Origin: Octopus vulgaris | Lineage: Eukaryota | Direction of reading: 5' to 3' | Assembly (NCBI GenBank): GCA_951406725.2 | Contig: OX597817.1 | Location: 117,820,001-117,944,000 of the forward strand | Length of the DNA: 124,000 nt | Shown here: positions 101,850-116,050 of the stretch, piece by piece | How positions within the stretch are numbered: the stretch's first letter is position 1 | Layout: every line of letters begins with the position of its first letter | Made by a program: the position numbers and the translations under genes | The notes under the pieces: model-generated | What the model was told of the DNA's origin: nothing | Databases searched by the model: none | The model's input: the letters and a program-made list of their open reading frames with translations, nothing else

Positions 101850-104767
101850 CATCTAGAGAAGGAATGAGGCAACGAGAGAAATTAACTGTTAGTTTACTAT
101901 CTATTCGTATATATATTTCCAGCACACATTAACCTTATATTCGTTTTCTGAACGTGACTACATTAAATGCAACTGTAAAATGTTACACGTTTCCTATGGA
102001 GAATTATTTGCAGCATGAACTATTATCATACACATTCACACTGTAGATAAAGTGGGAATATATATGTATGTGAATAGTTCACCCAAGTATATGCGGGTAT
102101 ACACGCACACACACAGACACACACATATATATTCTGTAAATAGCACTATATGAAAAATATCTATTTTCTTAAATTATTATATGGTGAGTGATAAAGTGGC
102201 TTTGGACACTGATGTAAAAATATAACTAAACTTATTAAATATTGTAATATACATTGCTAAGATTTCATTAATATTCTACTCTTGCTTCTAAAAACGATCA
102301 AACTAAATATATCTACTTAGAAGCAAAACATACGCGTATGTCAGAAGACATATAAGATTCCATGCATGATGTATGAAGACTGAATCATATATTAAGGGCA
102401 ATTTTGAAAGTAATCAACTAATCTGATAAATTTTTGTATGAAGAAAATACGGTATGTTGACGGATTTATTAAATATGCATTGAATAAAAGTTGTCACGAG
102501 GATTTATCAGTGGTGTTTATGATTTCATTTTTCATTAAGATGCATACAAACTTAAGCGATTGAGTCACTTAGGCGACATCTCACAAACTATGCCACACTT
102601 TCAAGAGGAGAAGAAAAACTAACAGTAAAATTCACTTGTAATTACTTAGATAAGATACTAAAAGCGAAATTCAAAAAGGAAAAAATATATTCGTGCATAT
102701 ACAGCAATAAATGGCTTATAATAACATCAATTTGGAAATCAGAGATTCGTTTCGAAAGCAAATGAAACGTTTGTGGTTAGCAAGTTATTAAATTTATAAC
102801 ATTTGCAAGGGCTTCTGCACTTATAAATCACAATTGTTTATCATTAATGTTCACTTCATTTTTGTATACAAAATAAATTTCATCACAGTGATCTTCGAGG
102901 AATATTATTTATCCCTGCCGCAGTCCTATAACGTTTAGATTATCATCAGAAATTAACATTACAAATACTAATTTAATGAAATGATGCTCAGATTAGTTTC
103001 TGGAGATGCGTTTAATAAATTTGAAATGTTTTATTCTTTATAACAAGCAGTTAGCCTCTAACACATAGGGGGACAATACAAGGACAGACACACTACCACA
103101 ATGGGGACAAAAACATAAAACGGATGAGATTAAATAAAATTAACGATAATGCATTGAGCTCCACTGTTTTAAAACGTTTTTACCTACAGTTTTTAATAGT
103201 TTTCTTTTTCCACTTTTTCTCTCTATAAGCATCATATTTATATTCTATTGTTTTAACATTTACTTACTTTTTTTGAAGTTATTACATGTTCTAATACTTT
103301 GTATTCCACAACTGGTGGCAGTTCATCAAATTTTACTTCTGCACCGAGTGGGCCAATTTCGTTTACAAATAAATTCCTCAGCTTATCCACATATGTATTA
103401 AACCAGGAAGAAGTTGTTGTTCCTTTTAATTATTTATATTCTAATATAATGATTCCGTGTTCATAAGTTATATACTGTGCAGTAGTTAAATCTTGGTTTA
103501 TGAAGATTCATTTATATATCACAAAGATTTGTCCGCAGAATGACCACTGTGCACCAACCAGTAATACCACAGTGTAACAAAATCGTAGAAAGTGAAAGAG
103601 TGAGGATGATGGAAGAATTAAAATTGGCATCAATAAGGATTCTGCTATTTTGGTTCAGTTTTTATTCTATAGGAGCTAATAAAATATGGAGTTCATTTGT
103701 TCTTACTTAGTATGTCTGCTAATTCAGAACATATACTTTATTTATGATTTACATTTTGAATTAAATATTTATATATAATATTATCGCCTTTGAGAATGCA
103801 TTACTGAAATATTAATACAATTATATAATATTATCAGTAACAAATGGTTGGCAAATAAGAGATTACTAAGTACATTTTAATAAATATTTTGTATGATTGT
103901 GTTAAAATATCTGAGTTAATCAGTAATCCAAGTGCTTATATTTTTGATCAGCATATTACAAGCTAAATGCCATATGACATTCTATTATAAATAATGTGAT
104001 AAAATTAAATAAAAATATTGAGGTGCAATGAGTTCACGCCTTTAAGAGAAGACTAATGTTTCCATTATTCGTGCGAAATATCAGGAAATAATTTGTTTTG
104101 TATAATTCATTGCTGAAAGGAAAACGAGAGATACAATGTAATGCTTTAACAATAGACCTGCAAAACATAAATTGTAATTTGAAATAGTTATTACTTGCTT
104201 ATTAAACCTTAATTTAGGGAATACAATGTTACCTAGAGGGATGAGGCAGTGCAAAACGTAAGTTCATTTCTATTAGATATCTTTAGACCTTTTACCACAT
104301 GATATTTTCCGTTTGTGTCTTTTATTATAAAATAACGCATATGAAGACTCGAATCAATCGTGATACTATCGACTGGTCCACTGAAAAGATATGTTAAGCT
104401 GGAATCTCTATAATATAAATGAAATTGTAATGTTAATGTATTGAATGTGCGTCTATATTAAGTTGGCTTCATGATTTTTTTTATTCTTATTTGGAAATTA
104501 CTAAGTGCCTATTGATAGAATATTCTGCGCATGATATAAGTACGATGAATCAAAGGTAATCGCACAAATCTTGATATGAATTTTTAACCTAATTTAAATG
104601 TTGGTGCTCATTAAACTAAAATTAAGAAGTATGCAGCAGACACACGAAAACACTGGCGCATAAAGGTACACACACACACAAACACACACACATATATATA
104701 TTTGTGTACGTATGTACGTATTTATATATGCGTGAGAGTGTGAGTGTGAGTGTGTGTGTATGTGCTC

Positions 104768-104807
<40 letters not shown>

Positions 104808-104918
104808 TAATGCAGAGTATACGCATGGGATTTCTGTGTGATTTCTTCATATTTGTATATTTACGTATACTAATGTACAGTTTATACACGCTCACAGACA
104901 TACGCACACACACACGCT

Positions 104919-104952
<34 letters not shown>

Positions 104953-104958
104953 CGTATG

Positions 104959-105001
<43 letters not shown>

Positions 105002-105433
105002 ATGTATGTATGTATATGAATGTCTAAAGAGGAAGCAATACCAAATATAGAAGAGAACGTGTTCATTACGTCGGCCGCAAGCCACTCAAAGTCATCAATA
105101 CATATCAAAACGGCATGCATTGTATTATAAACAATAGGATGAAAGTCATTATGACCTAATCCGTTATGACATACACTGAATAGTAAACAGGAATTTGAAA
105201 ACATACAATGCAGCTCACGCAGCTCTATTGTTAATCTCTGGTTTAAGACTTTTAATGAATTTCCTTCCAGAATATACGTACTTACGTATATTCTTCTATA
105301 TATACTTTTATGCACACACATGCTCACATGCCTATCTACAAATATATTATGTGTATACATTTATATATATACATATATATATATGCATGCATTTATACAT
105401 GTGTGTATGTATTTATCCACACATATACATGCG

Positions 105434-105480
<47 letters not shown>

Positions 105481-108145
105481 ATGTGTGTGCGTGTCTGTTT
105501 GTATTTTTGTATGTGTCTTGGTATGCGTTTTAGTGTCTGAGTGTGCATGTATGTGTGTGACACACTCAATCTATTTGTATAATATCTCTAACAATGTGAC
105601 TACTTGACAGGAATAGAATATCAGTCTTCTATCGGTAGGCAGCGAAAAACTGAAAGATTAATTAAAGAAACTTAATGGAAATTCCTTGAAAAGTGACATC
105701 CACGAGTAACCCATTAAGGATATAGAACCTTTGTGTACTGAGAAGACATTGACAAATTATTCTTGCTAATATATTTCTCAAACAACAATGCTTGACCATC
105801 AACTACTTGCTGTTATAGGAAGTATATTCCCGTGACTTGATCCCCCTTAGAATTCTTATGAAATTATTGTCCAAAGATTAAAATGTACGTTGATATTAAA
105901 TGCTGTGTTCGTTCAAGCGATTATAATGCGTAATATATTCTGCCCAGTAGGCCAGTTGAAGCTGTGATTTACACATGTCCTGTTGTTATACTTTTCACTA
106001 TACTGCTCTTACCCCTCCAATAACAGCCATCCAATGTCGAATGCAGGTTCGAGCGAGAAGCGATTAAAAATATGAACTACAAGAGCAATAATGTATCTGA
106101 ATGTCTCCCTATAACAATTTAAAAAGTCTCGTACGAAGTCGTTAAGTGCAGCTCAAAATTGATCATATAGAAAGAAATATATATATAAGTGTGTTTTAGA
106201 GCTACCTAACAATATGTCAGTTAATCTGTCTCTCTCTCCTTCTCTTTCTCCTTACTCCCTCTCTCCCTCTTTCTCCTGACTCCCCCCCCCTGTCTTGCAC
106301 TCATTCTTTAACCATTCTTTTTTCTGTAGTATACTGCTGTTCGAGACGAGTAACAGTCTGCAAAGCAGTCAATTTTAATGGCCTAAAATAGAATCCCATT
106401 GCCTTCCCTGTCAGCAGGAAAGTTTCTGATAACATTTCTTGTCAAAGTCCCTGAATTTCATTCTGTTATGAAAAGTCACAATTATTGTTTCCACTCACCA
106501 TTGTCACCAGCAATACCGACAATTTAAAAATGTAACTGAGATCTTGGAACTTTAATGGATTTGATTTCCTTCGAATATTAGCCCTTCCATTAGGTAAACT
106601 CTCCTGGCAAATTTAACCGCATAATATATGTTTAGGTTTTCTATTCCTTGGTTGATTGCACCACAGCGACACCCACCCATATGAATCGCTCTAATCTATT
106701 CCCTCAAGTACCTTGTATAGAAATGTATCTCACATTTCTGATTATTTACCATGAATTTACTACGTGCTTTAGCGTCAGACACAGAACATCTTCTGCAAAT
106801 GACACTGCATTTAATTGCTCCATAAAATTAGACTGATATAACAAAATTTTGATAATATATCCCATTCTTAATTAGCGGAATTTATAACGATTAACGGAAG
106901 TATGTGTGCTGTAAAGTCCAATAATATACATATGACTTTGCGATTAGAAGCATGATTCTTTTGCCTCTTTCAGCGTGACGAAATTTATATTAAATAATGC
107001 CATATTTGTATAAGTAGTTATAATATTTTTGGATGCAATACTGTTCAACAATCTTCATAAAAGTTACATATCATGTTGATATACAAAGAGGCATAACGAC
107101 CTACGGTTTGTGACGAAGAGGTAGTCATAGTATATGGTATAACAAAATAAAAGAAGAAAAACAAAACTAGCAGTTTGTTAATCATTAGCTACGCATCCCA
107201 AAATATACGGTCACTATCTATTGGTTATTTTACCCAAGAGACTATTGGAGAAAATGATAGACATTGGGAAATAAGTTAGAAAGAAACAACTTTTACGTAA
107301 TTCATAAGGAATTGAGAGTTACATATCATGTTGATATCAGACCGAAACAGGTTTGATGTTGATAAACGCAATTGTTGCAGATGTTCGATCCACTTCAGTA
107401 TGAATTTCCATTGAAGATTATCTCAATCGCATGGTAACAGACTGACATTTTTCATACTAAAATTATAAATATGTGTATGTGAACATTTGCTTATTTGTTT
107501 TAGGTGGAAGTATGACAACATATTAAGAAATACATTGTTTATATGTACGTACTTATAAAGTAGAATATCCCATTATCTCTGAGGCTGTTTCAAAGCAGGA
107601 TATTTTCTCATATACTGCCTCACAAGTGATGCAAACGCACACGTATTTGAGTCTTGTTTCACTTGGTGTGCTGCCGTAACGCTTGATATATAAAATACTT
107701 TGAAAATACTAACGTAAATTACTCAAACAAGCAAAGTATGTCTCAAATGTGATGTGTTTGTCAATTTGCAGCGAGTAGAGACAATCATTGCACATGTCTT
107801 CATGAGAGTGTTTCATCTACAAGAAAGTTCATTAGATCAGAAAGATATTTACAGAGTTATTAATAATTAGAAGGGGCGAGCATTGCCTATAATGTATATA
107901 TATTTAACAACAAGGAAATTAGAAGTAATTTTTACGGTGACATAAAACATGTTAGAATGCAGTACTAAAGTCACATGACTATAGAGAAAGCGTGAATCAT
108001 AAACTGGTTCATAGTGTCCCTTTCATCTTCTAAACGAAGAAAACATTTCCCCGGTTCAGTGTGACCTGGATATTATATTTACGCATAAACATATAAATTT
108101 TTATTTGTGGACATATATCTGTGTAGGTGTGTGCAGGTATATATA

Positions 108146-108187
<42 letters not shown>

Positions 108188-108246
108188 CAACATGTATATA
108201 TGTATATACATACATATATGTACATTTGTATACATACATACATTCA

Positions 108247-108290
<44 letters not shown>

Positions 108291-108367
108291 TACATACATT
108301 ATAAATATATATATATATGTTCATATATATGTATACATTCGCACCGAAAGCATATATATATATATAT

Positions 108368-108406
<39 letters not shown>

Positions 108407-109074
108407 CTTATACAATAAATATGAATCGTGTGTGTGGATGTGTGTATATCTTGCTTCTTTGTAAATGTGATATCCGTTTAAGCATACATAAACTTATATT
108501 TCATATTATTGTTTATCGATATTCCTCAGTGTGTTTACAGTATTTTAATATCTGGAGGAGGAAAGAAGGATTTGAATTCAGGAGTGAAATATAGCTCATA
108601 ACTGTAAAATGTAAGATCCGGTATTACTTCATAATTTTCCTCCGAAATTCCTAACCCTATCATTAAAGAGGAGTAGAAATGAGATATCAGCAACTCTTAA
108701 TGTTCTCCCAAACAGCATTATTGACGTAATATCATTATCAACCATCCCATTTCAATTATTTGAGATGAAATATTCATCACGAGAAATTGAATCACATTTT
108801 CGTATATCTCTGATATTTAAAATATCTCCGTTAATATTTGATATGTGCATCTAATACCGTAAACTGACTTCAATGATTTGAAAATGTGGTTTTAGCGCTT
108901 AATATATATGAGGTCATTTTTCCATTATAAATGTCCAAAGTATCTGAGAATTCACAGTGTACGGCAGGACAAAATATTTTAGTTAGCGATTCGGTAAACA
109001 CCTTGTATATGTTGAGAAATTCGAAGAGGGCGACAGTTTTCCATCATTTCAATAAGACGTGTAATATTAATATA

Positions 109075-109290
109075 ATAGGTAAAACGCCGAGCTGGCAGAA
109101 TCGTTAGCATGCCGGACAATATACTAAATGGTATTTCGTCTCTCTTTATATTCTGAGTTCAAATTTCGCCGAGGTTGAATTTACCTTTCATCCTTTCGAG
109201 CAATGGGATCGATGTAATCGACTTGCTCCTCCCCAATTTGGTAATCTTGAGCCAAAATTTGAAACCAAGATTCATATAGTAGCAACGTAC
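109075..109290 (+). mobile_element. tRNA-derived SINE, third family
   Basis: GAGCTGGCAGAATCGTTAG...TCTGAGTTCAAATT head and TTTACCTTTCATCCTTTCG core. Related copies at about 9290, 26810, 57290, 57600, 58270, 60340 and 60760. Confidence 0.75.
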
Positions 109291-110952
109291 AATCTAGTGT
109301 ACAACATTTATTCAATAATGACCTAATACCCAACCAAGGCATATTTGTCTCATCAAATAATTCGTAAATTAAAATTTTGCTCACAAGATCGTAAAGAAAA
109401 AAGAGAAATATTATATTTCTAAGGGGTAAATACTATCCAAGTCAACTTTTATTCAAGCACATTTTTCATATAACAAAATTAGAAAAGTAATGCATGTTCA
109501 CGGTATAAAAAATTATCTTCTTCCTTAACATTTGCTACAGATCGTTGATCACACTATGATTTTACACAATTAAAAGTCCAATAACCATAAGCAAGATATT
109601 GTAGATCAGCAAAATCGATTTTTTAAAATAATACTTCGAATTTCCTTCCTATTACGCTGTATTTCCATACGTTATTCATGTGATCACTTCCATAGTAAAT
109701 CAATATTTATTACTTTACTTTAAACATTTTCTAATATACCATCTGCGGGGTATAACAGAAATATTGCTATTATCATTTCGTAAATTAATGTCTTATTACA
109801 CATTAAAAATGGAAAAAAATCACTACTTTTTACATTAGAAACTTTTTCGTATAAAGTTCATTATGTATCAATTTCAAAAACGTTTAACTAATCTATTTTT
109901 TATACCATGCAAATTTTCTTTTGCTCAGTGTGTAAATCATTAATAATTAATACATCAAATATTTACACCAATAATTTGTTTTTCTCCTTTTAATACATTT
110001 GCGTCGCTGGATGTAGCACTCCAGCAGAACAATGACTGGTTTACAGCACAAATTAATTATATTTTCTGAAAAATATGTAGAAACGTTTATTATTTTGGAA
110101 GCCCTTCCTAATAATTGATTCAAAATGTTTTGGAAGGAATATTTCAAAATATCCATTTTTTGCTTCATAAACAGAATAGTGTTTTCTTAAACTTTAATTT
110201 AACTCACACAGAGAATAAACTTGGTTAAAAGACATCGGAAAAATGTTATTTTAAAGCAAGAAACGAGAAAGAGGACAATGAAATTATTCCCCTATCATAT
110301 CTTATCAAACAACAAGAAATGCCAATTGCCGATTGGTTAATTTCATAAATAGTAAAGAAAGGAAATTTCTACGTAAAACTGAAAAAAAACATATTATTGA
110401 AAATTTTCCATTCGAATAATAGCACTAAATCTAATTTTGGTAAAGAAATGAAATCAAGACTTCAATGGGATTCCTCATTAAATTTTCGTTCAAGTTATGA
110501 TTACCCTTTACACTCAAGATTGATATTAATATTTACATATTATTGTATCGAAAGCAGCATAACTAGAAATTCTAAAATTCCGCAATAATATATCGTAAAG
110601 TTTGTGATATCAGAAGAAATGTCGGAAGTTTTCTATATATTTCCTAGATTTGATTATATAAAAGCGGAACATCAGGTCTGACTGTGAATATTCTTGTTTT
110701 CCTTTCAGCAAGTAACATTCAGTGGCAAAAGCTCGATATTTTAGGAACTAATGGCAAAATCTTTTGAGAAATTATTTAGTAGCAGTAAAACAATCTATTC
110801 GGTTCTGTACCCAAGCTGCGAAGAAATAATAGTTTTCAAAATTACGAGAGAAAGGTAAAACAAAAACAAAAAAAAAACGTCATAGCCTGCTTTATCTCGT
110901 ACATATTTTTGATGGAAGCAAAACGAATTTGTCTGGAATGTATGTCTGTGTG

Positions 110953-110991
<39 letters not shown>

Positions 110992-111061
110992 TTCATTCTC
111001 TCTCTAGCATTCTCTGTATCAGTCTTTTTTGCACATATGGACACAGTCGTATGTATATATA

Positions 111062-111106
<45 letters not shown>

Positions 111107-111446
111107 ACGTAGAGACACATACAAAGAACACATTCCTTGCACAAATGCAGGACAATGCAGGGGAGGTAACAATTGAGGGTTCCTTATAATTTACCTCCCA
111201 CTTTGTGTATGTTCATATATTTTTCATGAAATCCCGTAGAGCTCCGTATTAACGCGAGTATTCTCACTAAAATGAAGGCGTGTACCGAAAATCCAAACGT
111301 GAAATCTTGAAAATGTAACCGGAAGGAGATCTCTCCCTACATGAAAACACCCGTTGACTTCTAAACTTATAAGTAAAGGTTATTTATCTATTAATGTGGT
111401 GTTGAGTACTAGCTCACCGTGTTGGATATTAGTGTACGTATATGCG

Positions 111447-111493
<47 letters not shown>

Positions 111494-111500
111494 ATATATA

Positions 111501-111549
<49 letters not shown>

Positions 111550-111724
111550 ATAAATATTAGGGAATAAATCCAAATTTACAGGGAAAAAATCAGATTTAGG
111601 ATTAAATCCAATTTTATTGTAAAATATTATATAATATTGTTAGAGACAAAACCACTATTTTGCAAAACAAACAAGGAAAGACTTAATCAATACATAAAAT
111701 TTTAATAAAAATTCAAAAAAACCG

Positions 111725-111767
111725 CCACTACAATTGTTTCTTGTCCTGATCGACAATCTTCAGGTGG
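111725..111767 (-). ncRNA. Minimal type I hammerhead ribozyme, canonical core (mirror copy)
   Basis: Reverse complement of 113981-114023. Confidence 0.85.
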
Positions 111768-113980
111768 ACTTCCAATCTAAAATATCAATATTTTAAAATA
111801 TAAAAATAATAATTTTATAATTTTAAAATAATTAAAGTATTAATGAAAAAATATAAATATATAATCTATATATAACCTATATATAATCCATATATAATCA
111901 ATATATAAACAATATATAAACTAAAATAAACCTATCAACAATTAAATATAAAACAAAACAAAAAATAAACCATATATACACCCATACACATATAACTAAT
112001 TATATATAACCATATCTAAATACATACACTAAATCACACACCTATATATATATCCCTATACATACACATAAAAACGTCTAGGCAACGATAAATAAATAAA
112101 ATAGCCAAATACTTCAACACAATACTTATTCATACTCCCGCACACACACATACAACCCACATTCCCGCTCTAGAAACGAACATCATTTAAAATTATGAAT
112201 GGAGAAATGGAATAAATGGAATTAAAAATTATATTCACTTGGTAAAACGAACATTACTTAAAAATTATGAATGAAATAATGTAATAAAATAACAGACATC
112301 GTAAATAGACAAATTACTACGAATTCTTTAATAAAACTACCATGATAAACTAAAACACATAAAAAACATATAATGATAAAATCTCCCTTTACTAAACTCT
112401 ATAACATACCTATATAGCAATCCCCCTAACCTAAACATTCACACACAAATACACACACGTAAACCACACACCCACGACATATACAAATACCCACCTCACT
112501 CACACATACCTATACATACATATAAACCTCAATATATACCCAAAAACCCATTCAACCCCATACAGATAAATAAACACATACATCCCCAAACCTATATAGC
112601 AAACCCATAAACACATTCACACACAAATATACATACGTAAAACACACACCATATACATATACATACTCACTAAACTCGATATATACAACAATATTAACAC
112701 ACCCACACTCATACAGATAAATAAATTATACAACTGAAATACGCACACACTCACACACAATCCCACATACATAAACACTCCAAAGAAAAACAACATTATT
112801 ACACATAATACGATATATAAAATACATCGTAAGTAACCAGAATATCAAAAATAACAATATGACATAAGGAGAAATAATATACATACTTTCAAGTCAGTTT
112901 CAAATTATGAAGTGAAATTAAATTCTAAGCCATTAAAAACGTCAAACCAAAATTACGTTACCATAGGAACCTAACATATGTATAAAAAGAATACGCGCTA
113001 TGGAGGCAAACGTCATTTAAAATTATGAATGGAGAAATAGAATAAATGGAATTAAAAATTATATTCACGCGGTAAACTAACATTATTTAAAAAAATTATG
113101 AATGGATTCTTTAATAAAACTACCATGATAAATTAAAACTCATAAAAACATAAATGATAAAACCTCCTTTACTAAACCCTATAACATACCTATATAGCAA
113201 TCCCTTTAACCTATACATTCACACACAAATACACACACGTAAACCACACACCCATAACAAATACAAATACCCACCTCATTCACACATACCTATAAGTACA
113301 TATAAGCCTCAACATGTACACCAAACAAAATTACGTTACCAAGGAACCTAACATATGTATAAAAAGTATTTTATCATTATATGTTTTTTATGAGTTTTAG
113401 TTTATCATGGTAGTTTTATTAAAGAATTCGTAGTAATTTGTCTATTTACGATGTCTGTTATTTTATTACATTATTTCATTCATAATTTTTAAGTAATGTT
113501 CGTTTTACCAAGTGAATATAATTTTTAATTCCATTTATTCCATTTCTCCATTCATAATTTTAAATGATGTTCGTTTCTAGAGCGGGAATGTGGGTTGTAT
113601 GTGTGTGAGGGAGTATGAATAAGTATTGTGTTGAAGTATTTGGCTATTTTATTTATTTATCGTTGCCTAGACGTTTTTATGTGTATGTAATGGGATATAT
113701 ATATAGGTGTGTGATTTAGTGTATGTATTTAGATATGGTTATATATAATTAGTTATATGTGTATGGGTGTATATATGGTTTATTTTTTGTTTTGTTTTAT
113801 ATTTAATTGTTGATAAGTTTATTTTAGTTTATATATTGTTTATATATTGATTATATATGGATTATATATAGGTTATATATAGATTATATATTTATATTTT
113901 TTCATTAATACTTTAATTATTTTAAAATTATAAAATTATTATTTTTATATTTTAAAATATTGATATTTTAGATTGGAAGT

Positions 113981-114023
113981 CCACCTGAAGATTGTCGATC
114001 AGGACAAGAAACAATTGTAGTGG
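113981..114023 (+). ncRNA. Minimal type I hammerhead ribozyme, canonical core
   Basis: CCAC-CUGAAGA-UUGUC(GAUCAG)GACAA-GAAAC-AAUU-GUA-GUGG. Intact core, 5-bp stem II, palindromic stem III (ACAAUUGU). Predicted cleavage after A114019. Confidence 0.85.
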
Positions 114024-114108
114024 CGGTTCTTTTGAATTTTTATTAAAATTTTATGTATTGATTAAGTCTTTCCTTGTTTGTTTTGCAAAATAGTGGTTTT
114101 GTCTCTAA

Positions 114109-114166
<58 letters not shown>

Positions 114167-114223
114167 TATATATATATATGCATATATATGTATATATATA
114201 TGCATATATATATACAAATATAT

Positions 114224-114271
<48 letters not shown>

Positions 114272-114277
<6 letters not shown>

Positions 114278-114369
114278 TTTATTTAAAAGCGGGAGAAAAT
114301 TCAACAAAACCTGTTACTCTGAGTTTCACGTTCCCGTTCGTCGGACAGTTTTTGCTAGTGTTTACTCCG

Positions 114370-114417
<48 letters not shown>

Positions 114418-114509
114418 TTTATTTAAAAGTTGCAGAAAATTCAACAAAGCCTGTTACTCTGAGTTTCACGTTCCCGTTCGTCGGACAGTTTTTGCTAGTG
114501 TTTACTCCG

Positions 114510-114520
<11 letters not shown>
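114272..114520 (+). repeat. Tandem duplication of a ~105-bp unit separated by (TA)n
   Basis: TACTTTATTTAAAAG...TTTACTCCGGTG occurs twice. Confidence 0.9.
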
Positions 114521-114544
<24 letters not shown>

Positions 114545-115895
114545 TATACCCCATATACAATTCTTAGATACCATACACCTAAGCACCTTATTTTATCCTA
114601 TAGCCAATCTTTTACATCACCCCTACTCGACATCACTTTCGATCTATTTTATTTTATTTTCTTTCACCACTTGATAGCCACCTCCGCTACCATTCTGTTA
114701 TTGAACGTTGATATGTTCGCGTCTTTTTTTCCTGGATGCCTACTATATCAGGATTTTAACCCACATGAATCTACACAGGATTGCACCTAAGGGGTCATGC
114801 TCTTGTTTCTATAACTTTGGAACTTTGAACATTGAACTTTTATGCTTCTTTTTTATTCTTTCTGTCCATCTCCTTATTCTTTTACCTCCTTCTTCTCATT
114901 TTTGTATACCATTCTCATTTTCCCTATTTTCCCTATATCTCTCATGACGGTTTATTCCATACTCGGTGATATCCCAGAAGCAGCTGTAAGAACTTGAATC
115001 TTTTTCAATAATAATATCGTTTACGGCTTGAGATGTTTGCCTTGTCTTAATGTTTGTTGTCCTCCTTCACAATTATATATACGTGTGTGTGTGTGTGTGT
115101 GTATTTGTGTGTAAATATTTATATACATATGTCTGTATCCATGTGTGTATGGGTGCATATACCTATGCATATATATGTATATATGTATGGATATGTGTAT
115201 GACTACATTTGCTTGTATGTAGTGATAGGAAATGTAGCATGAAAATAATTTCGCTTTTTGTAATGAAAATGGAATCAATATTTTTTTAATAAAACTGATG
115301 CCAGTCTTCCATTACTTTTCGTCATTGAAATATCATTTACCTCTTAGTGAGTACATTTTTATATTAAGATGTTAAAATTTCTTTGAAAGCAATAATTTAC
115401 TTTCATAACAAATGTAGTTACGAAATGTGTACTTTAATTCTTTGTCCGTATGCTTAAAATATGATTACAGGGTTTGCGTTATTGTTACTAGAACAAAAGC
115501 ACCAAAATCAAAGAGTTTCTGGAGCTATATTCAAACCCAGGATTTAATTAATACTCTAAATAAAATTAAATGCGCTAGCGTAACATTAGAATTGTTTCTT
115601 CTAATACAAATTATCAATGGTTTCCCTTAGTTGTTGCAAATTGAACAATAATCGTTGTTTTAATCGCATGTGAAGCACAAACACATGTCACTCATTTTTA
115701 GATTAGCTGATTGCAGTGGAATTCAGTACAGATGCGTAATGTAACACACGGCTGTAATGCCTCAACAACCACTTACTTTCCTGACTGAGATGTAATATAG
115801 TGTATATAGCCAAAGTCTCATTTCTGCGTTTTATAGAATATCTAGCAATGCAACATGGTGTTGCCCGGGTGTTATAACCTACAGCCACATTGTGT

Positions 115896-115965
<70 letters not shown>

Positions 115966-116000
115966 TATATATATACAAATATATATATATATACATATAC

Positions 116001-116050
<50 letters not shown>

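Larger units (their letters stand above)
111545..114120. mobile_element. Non-coding fold-back element with ~750-bp inverted arms, each with a canonical hammerhead (probably PLE-derived)
   Basis: About 111630-112382 is the near-identical reverse complement of about 113368-114118. The spacer has diverged direct copies of arm sequence. (TA)n on both sides. Confidence 0.85.
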
